The notes below the pieces were generated by a model. The model searched no databases and was not told where the DNA came from. It saw only the letters and a list, made by a program, of their open reading frames with translations. Made by a program: the position numbers and the translations under genes. A DNA stretch of 64,000 bases from Atractiella rhizophila. Taxonomy: Eukaryota. Location of the stretch: NCBI GenBank assembly GCA_021432655.1, contig MU271410.1:1-64000 (forward strand), in the 5' to 3' direction. Of this stretch, positions 13,137-24,932 are shown one piece after another; the stretch's first letter is position 1, and every line of letters begins with the position of its first letter.

Positions 13137-14262
13137 AAAGTAACAGTTTAGAGAAAGAGCCTGCATTCTCCCCTTCCCTCCTGTCGACAAAATGTACACT
13201 AATAATATTCGAAAAAAGCAGGCCTGTCACAAAACACAATTCCCGCCACTAGCAATCAAGAAAATATGAATATCCACCACCGTCATGAGTGACTTGACAA
13301 CTTTCCTACCCGGTGCTTACTACGATAGGCAATCAAGGGCCAGGTCGACGCTAATTTTACTGTATAACGCTCAGCCTCTCGTCGTTGCCTCGGATGCAGT
13401 ATGGGCAAAAAGTGCGCAAGCGCAAGGATCATCATCATCTTGAGAGCGGGAACGAGACGCTGACAGCCCCCATTTGTTGAAACTGTGATGCCATCGTTCA
13501 AGCCATAACAGAACCCGTTTCTAATAACACACGCGGGAGTTCGGGAAGATACATCTTCTTCAGCGCGCAGCTCGCCCTTGAGTTTGAGTGCTAGCCTCTT
13601 GCCATCGCCCTGGCCATTGCCATTTAAAGCCAATACAGACCATGATTCCATTCAAGTTGGTGAGAGAATAGACACAGTGTTTTGACGTACCCAAGATCCC
13701 CGAAGGTGCCTTCAAATACTCCTTAACCGATCGCAGCTCCCAACTCCCCCCCGTTCGAGTTTTGCACGCCATCAAGCGTTGTTCAAGCGATACTCAGAGT
13801 GGAACATTTGTCACACCTCTTATCTCTTTCCGGCGCTCCGCGGCACAATTCCGGCAGAGCTGCACTACCCATCGATTCGACGACCACCTGACCCCGCCGA
13901 AACGCCTGTCCTAGCTTTGCTTGGTTCTACCCAATCTCAGCTCAACAAAGCGACAGTAGCTCGGTGTCGAGGTCGAAAGAATCGAATCCTCTGCCGCAAT
14001 CAAACACAGTTGTTGGCGGTGGTTCTCCGGCTTGCAACCCAATGCGTCATTGCACCACTCAAGGAGCCTAATAACACCTCCACTCGACCTCCACAAGTTG
14101 CTCAGGCTCCCGTCACGCTTATTTCAAGACGAACTATCGATAGGACAGCAAATGCCTCCTTCTTTCAAGTTGCACCGTGCTAAATTACCCTCCTTCGGAA
14201 CTTCCATTGGCTCTTCTTCCGCCAATCACTCCGTAGACAAACAGAAAGAGCAGACTTTCGCA

Positions 14263-17200
14263 ATGTCTCCTCCTATTACTCCTGCTCCCCCTGTTCACGA
14301 GGAAACGAAGCAGGCAGCAGGTGCGCTCTTTCTTCGCTCGGCTCGGTGGAGAGTGATGAGGTTGCTTTTCTTGTCTTCGAAGACTCTTCGTCTTCGGCAC
14401 TCAAGGCTTTCAATCTCGTTTCTATCCTCACAACAGCCTCGCATGATGAGATTCAGACGACTCTAGAGCAGTACCCATGGGAGGATTACAAGTCTGAGTC
14501 TAAACAACCAACACCATTGATCATTGCAGTACGATGCGCCAAAAGTAGGTGCTCTGATTTCTCTGCATGCGCCGCACCTTAATCTGTTTGGGGACCCAGC
14601 ATCAATAGTCGAGCTTGTGAGCAAGCTGCAGCCTCCCGAACTCTTGAACTATGTGGACAGCAAGGGTCAGACCGCGTTACATTCTGCGTGCTCTGCAGGC
14701 CGTCTAGACGTGGTGAACCACCTCCTCTCTCTTCCCAACATTGACGACACCATCCGAGATTTGCACCACAAGATCCCCCTTGACATTTGCCGCACTCCAG
14801 CTGTTGCTCAAGCTCTTCAAATCTCCCATGCACACTTCCAAGCCAACTTTCAAACACTCCTCCGTGCCTATGTCAGCTCTCCTGCAGTCACCGGTGCTAC
14901 TCCTGCCACCGTCCCCTCGTCTTTGTCCGGATCCAATGCTCCATCGTCCGAGATGGGGACTGGGACGGGGACTGGACCAACTGGGACCATAACGGAGAAG
15001 ACGAAAGCCCAGATTGTGCCCGGAAAGTCGGTCTCGAATCAAGCAGCGAGCGATCTCTACATCTTCCTTTCTTCTCCTCGGGCCAAAGGACTCGATTTCT
15101 CGCACAAAGTGTCCGACACGACCCTCCTGCACGAAGCTGCTCGTCGGCGGGACTTGGCGCTTATCAAGCTCGCGATCTCTCGGGGCGCGGATGTCTTGGT
15201 TCGCGATCGCAGAGGGAGGTTTCCGGTGGATGTGGCGAGAGATGACAGGGTGAAGGGGGTGTTGAAACAGACTGCTAATGCGGAGGGAAAGAAGTGGGAG
15301 AAGGAGGTGAAGGAGAGGGAGAAGGAACATACGCGTATGAGTCTTTCGGTCTCTCTCAGTCCAGGTCAGAGCAGTACTGCTCTTGTCGGGAGTTCGAATA
15401 GCAGTTTGAAGGAAGGACTCAATGGTCATGCTATGGCTTTGAATGGGAATGGAATTGCTCCGCCGCCCAGTATGAAAGGTTACCTTCACAAATGGGTCAA
15501 TATGGCCACGAGGTGGAAGATGAGATGGTTCGTACTCGAAAATGGTTTGTTGATTTCTTTAATTCGCCAAGTAGTCATGTAAAGGCGGAACATAGGCCAA
15601 TTATCATACTTCAGGAGCCAAGATGAAGAAGGCAAAGCGTCGCGAGGCTCAATCAACATGGGAGTCGCTCGCGTCTACCATCCAGGAACAGACAAGATGC
15701 AATTTGAAGTATGTTCAACATTAGGGAAGTCTCCGAAGTACTTTTTGAAAGGCAACCGTGCGTCTCTCTCTTCCACTTCACTTGACCTAAATGCTAAAGA
15801 GCTTGTTCCAGATCCCCTCGAAGTCAGTCGCTGGATGGAGGCCCTCCGTCAGAACATTGAATACGCCAAAATGATGAACCCGGACGTCTCTCGCTCGCCA
15901 TCCCTGCGTTCTTCCCACCTGTCCGCTCGTGACGACGATTCCGCCGTGACTGCCGTCAGTTCTGGTGCGAGCGGCGTTGGCGTTGGAGGCGTGCACAAGG
16001 AGTCTTCTCTAAACATTTCAGACACAGCGACGCCGAATGATGATGCGGCTAGTTTGGATGAAGACACGGGAGAAGGCGAAGGCGATATCTCGGATATGGT
16101 TCAGGATGCGGAGCATTATCGGTTGCTTGGGAATGGAATGAAGACTCAGCTTGAGATTATGGATCAAGTCCTCGACGAGGCGGTTGCTAGCTGCGCGAGC
16201 GCGGTTGGGATTGTTTCAGATGGAATCGTTAATCATAACCGTGCGGAGTGGGAGAAGCAGCTTGAACTCCACAAAGCGTTGAAGCAGAGCGTTGGAAGTC
16301 TGGAGCGGTCGATCAAGGATTTAATGAGAGTCGTTGACGGACGGGAGAGGAATTGGGAGCGAAGGATGGAGAAAGAGGTGGAGAGGAAGAAGATGTGGGA
16401 AGAGAGCATGAAAGAGGTTGCGCTGGAACACAAGAAATTGGAAGATGAGCTCGCGAGGGTTACTCGGGAAGCTTCGAAGCGGAAGAAGGCCATTCGTACC
16501 GTTCGAGCCAGCATTATTGCCTCGAGTCCGACCCTGGAGCCGTCAGCCGAAGAAGGACTATCCACGCCTATCGTTTCCCCATCCCTTTCAGTTCTTCCAC
16601 CATCCCTCACGGACGAGCCAGTCGCTTCCCCTGATTTACATAGAGTTGTCACGCCAACCCCTTCCTCACCAGTCACAACTGGCCGTGCTCGCTCTGCCTC
16701 CGTTGTATCAACACGCTTTAGGTCTGCATCCAGAGTTGTCCACCCATCCGAGATCCCACGCGTGCTGGACGAAGTACTAGGCACGGACGTGGAAGAGTCT
16801 TCGGAAGACGAAGATGATTTCTTCGATGCTATTGAGACCGGATCTGTCAATCTGAAGGTTGAAACGCCCCTGCAAGAGCCGACGAAAGCGGATATGCCTG
16901 CATGGATGACTGCCAAGATCCCAGAGAGCTACAAGACGTATGAAAAGTTGCGAGAATCGTTACCTCTCAAAGATGATCAACGACCGCCTGTCAGTTTATG
17001 GGCTATTTTGAAAGGAAGTATTGGAAAGGATTTGACGAAGATCAGGTGCATTCCCTTCGTTCCTGCACAGGTTCCCAAATTGACCTGACAGTTCAACAGC
17101 TTCCCCGTGTACTTCAATGAACCCACGTCGATGCTAGAGAGGATGGCAGAAGATATGGAGTTTTCTGAGTGCCTCGATGCAGCAGCTGCTTCACAAGACT

Positions 17201-18453
17201 CGACTCTACGAATTGCATACGTTGCCGCCTTTGCCATGTCGAATTATTCAAGCACGTAAGTCTACACCTGTGTATTCTTCAAAGCGACGAGCTCAGACTA
17301 CATTGTCCTCAATAGCATCGGACGGATAGCCAAGCCATTTAATCCAATGTTGAGTGAGACGTTTGAGTATGTTCGGTTGGACAAATCGTATCGGTACATA
17401 TCTGAACAAGTTTGCCACCACCCTCCCATATCTGCTTGTATCGCAGAGTCCCCCCGCTGGCAATACTTTGTCAGTATCTTCTCCTTTATTTTAGTTTGCA
17501 TACTGATGGAAGGGCTGGTAGGGTGAGGTTGACGCAAAGAGCAAGTTCATGGGGAAGTCTTTCGAAATTCGACCAACGGGCATAGCGCACGCCAATCTGC
17601 GTTTACCGAAAGCATGGGCGCCTGATTACCCACTCTCTCCCGAAGGAACCTCTGCGCCCGGAGAAACGCTAGTCCTTGAGCATTACAGCTGGAAGAAAGT
17701 CATTACAAACATTAGGTAGGACACCAATAGACAAAGCAACAAATCTAACTGTTGTTTGCTAGTAATTTCATCATGGGCAGCCCTCAAATCGACCATTATG
17801 GCGACATGGAGGTTACAAACCATCGAACAGGGGAAAAGTGCGTATTAACATTCAAGCCTCGCGGATGGCGCGGGAAGGACGCATACGAGATTCGAGGATA
17901 CGTGGCAGATTCGCAAGGTAGAACCGTTTGGGATATTGCAGGACGGTGGAACAGCCAACTTGTTGCTCGACGTCATTCGAGTGATGCCCTTTCCCCCGAC
18001 GCCGTTGCTGAAGACTGCGAAGCAATCCTTCTGTGGAAGAACTCTCCCAAGCCTCCAGGCTCTCCATTCAACCTGACTCCATTTGCAATCACCCTCAATG
18101 GTATCGACGACGAGCTCAAGCACTGGCTTCCCCCCACCGATTGCCGTCTACGTCCTGACCAGCATGCCTTCGAATCTGGTGCATTTGAGAAAGCGAACAA
18201 CCTGAAGTCGATGTTGGAGGAACATCAGAGGGAGACGAGGCGGAAACGGGAACAGAATTTGTTGCCTCCTCATAAGCCACGTTGGTTTAAGAGGGAAAAA
18301 GAGCCAGATACGGGGGAGGGATTTTGGAAGCCACTTACAAACACAGAAGGAGATTTGGAGTACTGGATTGAGAGAGAACGGGCTGGAAAAGAACGAAAAC
18401 CTGGGGAACCAGCGAAGTGGAGGGATGTGGATCCAATTTTTGCTGATTTTTGA
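14263..18453 (+). CDS. Oxysterol-binding protein, Osh1/Osh2 type (ankyrin repeats, PH domain, FFAT motif, ORD)
   Basis: Ankyrin 'GQTALHSAC' and '[11 protein letters not shown]'. PH '[25 protein letters not shown]'. FFAT-like '[11 protein letters not shown]' (~16816-16836). ORD 'IGKDLTKI', '[12 protein letters not shown]', 'SEQVCHHPP' and '[11 protein letters not shown]'. Confidence 0.93.
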
Positions 18454-18627
18454 ACATTTGGGACTGTGATTAATCTCATTGGGATTGCTTGTAGATGAAG
18501 AGTGTTATATTTCTACATTATGTATTGCTTGTAATACGCTCTCGCGTAATCGATACCTTTGTCCTCACAAACAACAGAGCAACAGCGCCTTAGGAAATCA
18601 AAGTCACGTGAGAAATGGGCTGCCACA

Positions 18628-20324
18628 ATGACCGCAATACCTTCAAAGTCGCCAAATTTGCCAGAGCAAGTTGAAAAGATTCTCAACACTTCAAATGGAG
18701 GACAGATAACAGGGAGTTCCTCAGGTGGACTTACAGGCGCATTAGCCCACCTCTCTGACAAGTAGAGTTCTTCCTATGCTGGTATAGCTCATTTTTCTGA
18801 CGATTTGTCAGTCCTCTGTTTTCAGCGGGATTTGGACTGGTTGTGAGTACATTCTCCCAAATTTTTGCCTGTCTAACTGAGAAGCAGGGCTTAGGTGTTT
18901 TTCTGCAAGGACTCCGATATGGCATGATGCGAGGAGTGGTCATGGCTCGTAGAAGGTTGTTGGTGGCCCTTGAAGTCAGTGGGAAAGACCCAGCGTATCC
19001 ATGGGTACTTGAATGGATCTCCCACCACTCAGCAAAACAGATTTCTCAGCCCTCCTCAGGCTTGTTTTCTCGCCTCGCCTCACGCCCACACAACCTCGCA
19101 GTTGCGACAGCGTATGAAAAGAGACAAGACGGTAGCTCCTCCACCTCTTTCAGCCTGATCCCAGGGACGGGATCTCACTATTTCAAGTATGGTCCTGCGT
19201 GGTTTCAAGCAAGTTCTTTCTTTTGGCTTCTTGTACAGCATGTTGATATGTGTGCATGGTAGGCAAAACGAGAGCGTTCCAGCACACAACTAGATATTAC
19301 AACAGGAAAGCCGTGGGAGACCATCCTTCTTACCACTCTTTCTCGAGATCGAAACCTACTGCCCAAGCTGCTAGAGGAAGCTCGCATTCTTGCCTATTCT
19401 TCCTTGGTCGGCAAGCTAGTGATCTATACAGCATGGGGAGTTGATTGGAAGCCGTTTGGCAACCCTCGAACGCGAAGAATGCTTGAAAGTGTAATTCTCG
19501 ACAACGGTGTTAAGGAAAATATAGTGGAAGATGTGAGGAAATTCATGGAGAGGGAGACATGGTACCGAAAACGAGGTATGACTCCGATTGCAGTTTGGGT
19601 TCTCAACGCTCAGTTTATTTACCAGGCATTCCATACCGCCGTGGCTATTTGCTTCACGGACCTCCAGGCTCCGGAAAGACCTGCTTCATTGAAGCTCTGG
19701 CTGGTCATTTTGAGTACAACATTTGTATTCTGAACGTTTCAGAGCGAGGTTTGACAGACGACAAACTTAATCATCTTCTTTCTCGCGTTCCTGAGCGCAC
19801 ATTTGTCATATTTGAGGATGTAGATGCAGCTTTCACTGGCCGCACACAAAGCGGGTAAGCATTTGGCATTGCCCACGATCCGATTCTTAACGCACGACAT
19901 TAGAACCCCTACATCCGTCACATTCTCCGGCCTGCTTAATGTTCTCGATGGTCTGGCGTCTTCTGCGTCCCAACGCCTCCTTTTCATGACCACCAACCAT
20001 CCTGAAGTTCTCGATCCTGCTCTCATTCGGCCAGGGCGGATAGACGTCCAACTCCACCTAGGGCACGCAACTAAACATCAAGCAGGGACGCTGTTCAAAA
20101 GGTTTTACGAAGGGGCGGAGGGTATTTCGCCCGCAGAACTGGACCGGATACGGGAAGAGATTGAGCGCAGAGTCGATGAACAGGAAGTCAGCATGGCGGA
20201 GCTTCAAGGCCACTTCATTCGCAATGCCCCAAAGGAGGCGTTGGAGCATTGGGGCGATTTGATGCGTTCACATCTAGAGGGAGAAGAAAGGAAGAAGATT
20301 CAATTTGCATCTAGTCCATCATGA
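18628..20324 (+). CDS. BCS1: Mitochondrial AAA chaperone BCS1
   Basis: 'FSAGFGL', '[14 protein letters not shown]', '[19 protein letters not shown]' (Walker A), 'IFEDVDAAF', '[12 protein letters not shown]' and '[20 protein letters not shown]'. Confidence 0.93.
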
Positions 20325-20738
20325 CATCGTTACCGTAGCAAATATTGGTGGAAATGCAGACTCTTTCTTTTACAGAGATGTCGCTTTTGCGGCTCTGGCA
20401 AACCCAGAGATATAGTCAACAGTAGATGAATAAAGGACAAACCACAGCGTTCGCTTTTGACATTTGACATAGGGTTAGTTGAACCAATAGGTAAATGCCA
20501 CAAAGCTCGAAGAGTTCTGTGTGCATCGTTTCAACTTCACTGGTAGCGAATATTCCCATTTCACCTGCCTCGTCCTTCGTCATTGAGCAGCTTCCTAACA
20601 GCAACACTTCTCATATCCTCAGTCTGCCTTGTCTGTTCTAAGGATTTTATAGATCGTTTACGGAAAGTCTACATTGTGGCATCTATACCCGACCTATGGC
20701 GACTCTAGCTGCAAAATATACTCTTGGAATGTGTATCC

Positions 20739-22039
20739 CTAATGGACCCAAGGTCCGACTTCTCCATCCATGCAGCTTCCAGCAGTTCGATCTTTACATT
20801 CGCAAGTGCCACCCAAGAACGTTGGTAAGTTCTCAGCCGGGATATTTTCGAGAAGGGTCTTCTGGTAATCCGTTGACAATATGCTTACCTGCGCGACAGA
20901 GTGAGCAAAAAAACAGTTTAAATGTGAGGGACGAGGGACAGACCCGCGATGCAGTTCGAGGGTCGATCCAACCTTTAATGTATCCCCAGATGGTAGAGAA
21001 CAGGCTCGGAGCATTGATCACATACTATAAGGCCAGCCGAGTTCAACAACAGTGACTGAGACGAGTGGAACAGCTCACTGTATGATTTAGCTACCACACA
21101 AACTGAATAACTTTGTGTCCTTTCAAGAAGGCAATCGACTTACTGTTTCTGGGTAATTTGCCTATCCAATCGTTGGCACTCTACTCATTGGACGAGTCGA
21201 GAGTGCACTCACATCCGAGATGGTAATAACCTGTGAAACCACATCTTTCACTTTCCAAAACTGGAACACTGTAACTCCAGAAACGTCGATGATACCTTAG
21301 CCGGGTCATTCAGCCTTGCGCTCGGTAGAAGCAAATGAATAGAAAGCGTACTCGTAACTGTCTCAATATGCCTTACCTCATCTGGGTTTCCGCCGCTCGC
21401 TTGTGCTTGCTCCTTGAGCACCTTCGTGCATGCAGGAAACCGCTCCCGAACGTTCATTTCGTTCTGAAGATAGAGGAATTGGATTTCTTCTTGTTGACTG
21501 ACGACTTGATAGAGCTTGGCCAAGTCAATCAAGCCTAATCTATGAATGTGCACAGGATGACCTGTCTGAGCAGAAATCGTAACTTAACGGGACAATTTGA
21601 CACTAGAGAGCAGGAATACTCACTTTGTCAGTTTTGTGGAAGAACTGAGGATAAAACTTCTTCGCTGCTGAACGCGCACGCTCCCATGGGAAGTTTTTGT
21701 AGAGGTTATCAAGGTCAACAGATTTACGCCAGTCGACATGAGCCTTATACATCTCGTAAGATTTCTCGACCTGAAAATTACGAGCGCGAAGCCACCGCCT
21801 ACATAGCAAAAGCAAGTCAGTGAACAATCGTTAGTTTTTGCCTACAGAGCTGCTCACAAGAGGTCTGCATCACTCAGAGGCTTTGGCTGCCCATCTACGA
21901 CTTGTTCTGCGATCCCATTGGCAGCGAGTTTGGCCCGAAAGTCGTCCAAAGCCTTCTGCTGAGGCTCGGAAAGGTGTCCGACATATCCAGAGAGTGGATT
22001 ATCTGGGTTGAAAGAGGTACTGGCGTCTCTGGAAGCCAT
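20739..22039 (-). CDS. Sec14/CRAL-TRIO lipid transfer protein, multi-exon
   Basis: 'DADLL|RWLRARNFQVEK', 'FYPQFFHKTDK', 'RERFPACT', 'INAPSLFSTIWGYIKGWIDPRT' and 'LLENIPAENLPTFLGGTC'. Confidence 0.9.
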
Positions 22040-22172
22040 AAATGCAGCGTGTTGTGGACGTGGACGCGTGGACGGAGGGCGCGGTTCCGTTTATCGTCCA
22101 AGGAAGGTAAACGCCGAAGCGCGTTGGAGAAGTCCTTCATTTTTGAACCGCGACGTTGGAAGGGCAGAAACA

Positions 22173-23013
22173 ATGGCGTCCCTATACGGCAACAAACCCT
22201 CTACGTCTTCTGGCAAACCATTGTCCTCCGCGTCTCGTAGGCTGCCCCAAAGCTCCCATTATTCGCGTGGCGGAGGCGGAAGTAGCGGACAACAACAACA
22301 AAGTGATTTGACAGATGAGCAGAAGTTGGAGATTCAGGAAGCCTTTGACTTATTCGATACTGATAAAGATGGCTTCATTGTACGTTCTCTTCGCTTTCAC
22401 ATGTTTCGGGTGCTTGGAAATCATTTTCCATGGTGTTTCGTTACAGGGGTATCACGAGCTAAAGGTCGCGATGAGAGCTCTGGGATTCGATCTGAAGAAG
22501 TCTGAGGTGGTAAAGATTCTGCGAGAGGCAAATGCCAGTAATCCTTCTATGGATAAAAAGGCGGATGCTCAGCTATTGATGGAGAGAGAGGAGTTTGAGC
22601 GAGTCAGTAAGTGATTTAATTCCTGCTTCTCCAGCTTGGACGGACGTGCCGGGTTACTGGCGTCCAAACTTTTTGGTTTCTTTCGCATGAGGTTTTGACG
22701 CCTCTCTATATCAGTGGCCTCACGCATCCTCATGCGCGACCCAATGGAGGAAATCAAACGCGCCTTTCGCCTCTTCGACGATGACCAAACGGGAAAGATC
22801 TCACTCCGCAACCTTCGACGGGTAGCTAAAGAGCTAGGAGAGACGCTGGACGAGGAGGAACTGTAAGCCTTCTTTACTTGCTGCATCAATGTCAGTATCA
22901 ATGTTGATGTCATGGTTATGCTCAGACAAGCAATGATCGACGAGTTTGACCTTGACCAAGATGGAGAAATATCGGAGTCCGAATTCATCGCTATTATGAC
23001 TGATGATGTGTAG
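22173..23013 (+). CDS. CDC31: Centrin (Cdc31/centrin-3-like EF-hand protein)
   Basis: '[22 protein letters not shown]', '[20 protein letters not shown]', '[36 protein letters not shown]' and '[23 protein letters not shown]'. Confidence 0.92.
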
Positions 23014-23863
23014 ATGTTGGATGTGATTGCTTCGTATTTCGAACATTCTGTTGTGGAAGTGCATTTTCCGATAAGTATTCTTATGTCCTGACTCCTAGCT
23101 CTCCGTCTCACAACACGCTCGATACGGAAGAGAGAACCAACTCTGAGGGTCGTTTTAGATTATTCTGGTGCGTTGTGCTAATTCAACAACCAAGTTAAGG
23201 CAAACAAAGGAACCGTATCTCATCCGCCGATCTCAAATTCGAGCAAACAGTGCATGAGATAAAGTATAATCTTGATATCCACCGTGATGGGCAATCGTTT
23301 CCTTTGTGACCAGCACAGATTTTCTGAGGGCCAGAGCTTAGGTTCTGCAGTTGACTTGCATTTCTTTGTCCTTGCGTCGCCCGCCAAACCTATCTGACAC
23401 GCGTGGCGGTTGGTGACCTTGTTTCTGTCCAGTTCTTCAAAACCCCATGCCCATCCACGCTCTCCCTCAACATCAAAAAGAGCATCTGATTGACAGATAA
23501 TCCATTTCGAGTTTCAGGCAAGAAGGTGAACGATGCAAACGCAAGCAGTTTGTCAACTGTCCAACTTTATGGTTTTCTGCAAAACCTGGACAGTCCAGAA
23601 TTGGACAAGAAGTCCGGCAAGGAACGCGTTGGAGAACGTAAGCTGCAACTCATGCTTCTTCACGCAGACGAGAGTTGGAAGTTGAAGTTTTCTAGGTTAC
23701 TCGTCAATATATTTCGAGAGAGGCAAAACGCTTTGGACGAATCAGCCCTCCCACCCAGGATGACCTCACCCTCATTGCTTGTTGTTCACCGGAGAAGCAT
23801 TTCGTTCCCACCGCCGTCCCTTCTAATCGGAATCATACATCAAAACTATCCTACAACCCTATT

Positions 23864-24247
23864 ATGGGACGGAGACCGGCATCTTCGACCCCTTCTTCGT
23901 CCTTTTCCGACGAATCGAGCTCCTCGTACGATTCCGATGCTTCCACGACCATCGAAGAGCTAGAAACCCAGCTGGGAGATCTCAGAAAGAGGAGGTACTT
24001 TCAGTCCGTTTTCGAGGATCTGGCTTGGGAAGCTCGAGAGTGGGATTCGGAAGGAACTGCCGTTTCAGTTGACGATGGATTATACGCCTTCTCCCCTCCA
24101 TACGCATACTCTATTTCTCCAGCTTCCTCCTCATCCTATTCGACACATCAGCCTTCATTTATCCAGCCGATAAGAAGACGATCAAATGGACGTGGTTGCT
24201 CTCTGAAGTCGCCTTCGCTTTGTAGAGTTCGTCCCATTCGTTGTTAA
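23864..24247 (+). CDS. Small hypothetical Ser-rich protein
   Basis: 127-codon ORF with protein-like composition. No recognised domain. Confidence 0.3.
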   Translation: MGRRPASSTPSSSFSDESSSSYDSDASTTIEELETQLGDLRKRRYFQSVFEDLAWEAREWDSEGTAVSVDDGLYAFSPPYAYSISPASSSSYSTHQPSFIQPIRRRSNGRGCSLKSPSLCRVRPIRC

Positions 24248-24932
24248 GGCGGGACAATTGTTGAATATTTCTTGCAGCAAAGCAGACGTCTACTGACAGC
24301 TCATGTGAATCAACGCCATGAACAACTACGTCGAGCAAGGGACACCGTGGCCAAGGCCGTCTTCTGCCAAACCCATCACTTTGTCACAGCGGGCTCCATC
24401 TAACACACTTCCATCCCTTCAACTTTTTAATACGCCATCTAATTCCCACGAACGTCCACATATTAACTGTTATTTCGATTTTGCATAGTTGACAGCAATA
24501 TTTCGCAAAATATAGCATCTTGCTTCGTCGTTTGAAAGGCCAGAGGCTACATACTTAATTCCTGTTTGCAAGCAACCAGTGTTACTGTTCTACTGTGTCA
24601 TGTAGCCTTTTGCATTTACCACTTAGATTAAACTAGTGATGTCCAAAACTTTCGTTCAAATACCCCAGAGGACTGATGTGAAGAATTATCTTCATTTCAT
24701 TAAGCAAGGCATTCGTAATAGCGTATCGCAAAATTCGAAGGATATCTCAAACCACTTCCAACAAGCACACACAAACCAGACGAAACTAAGTGGGCGTAGG
24801 AATACAGACAGGAAATTGCCTGAAAACAAAGACAAATCAAGTAGCGGATTTGAATAGCGGCGCCGAAACAAACCTATGGCGCATTATCGTGCACTGACTG
24901 CCAATCCAGATGATCGGTGTTTTGAGAATTGT

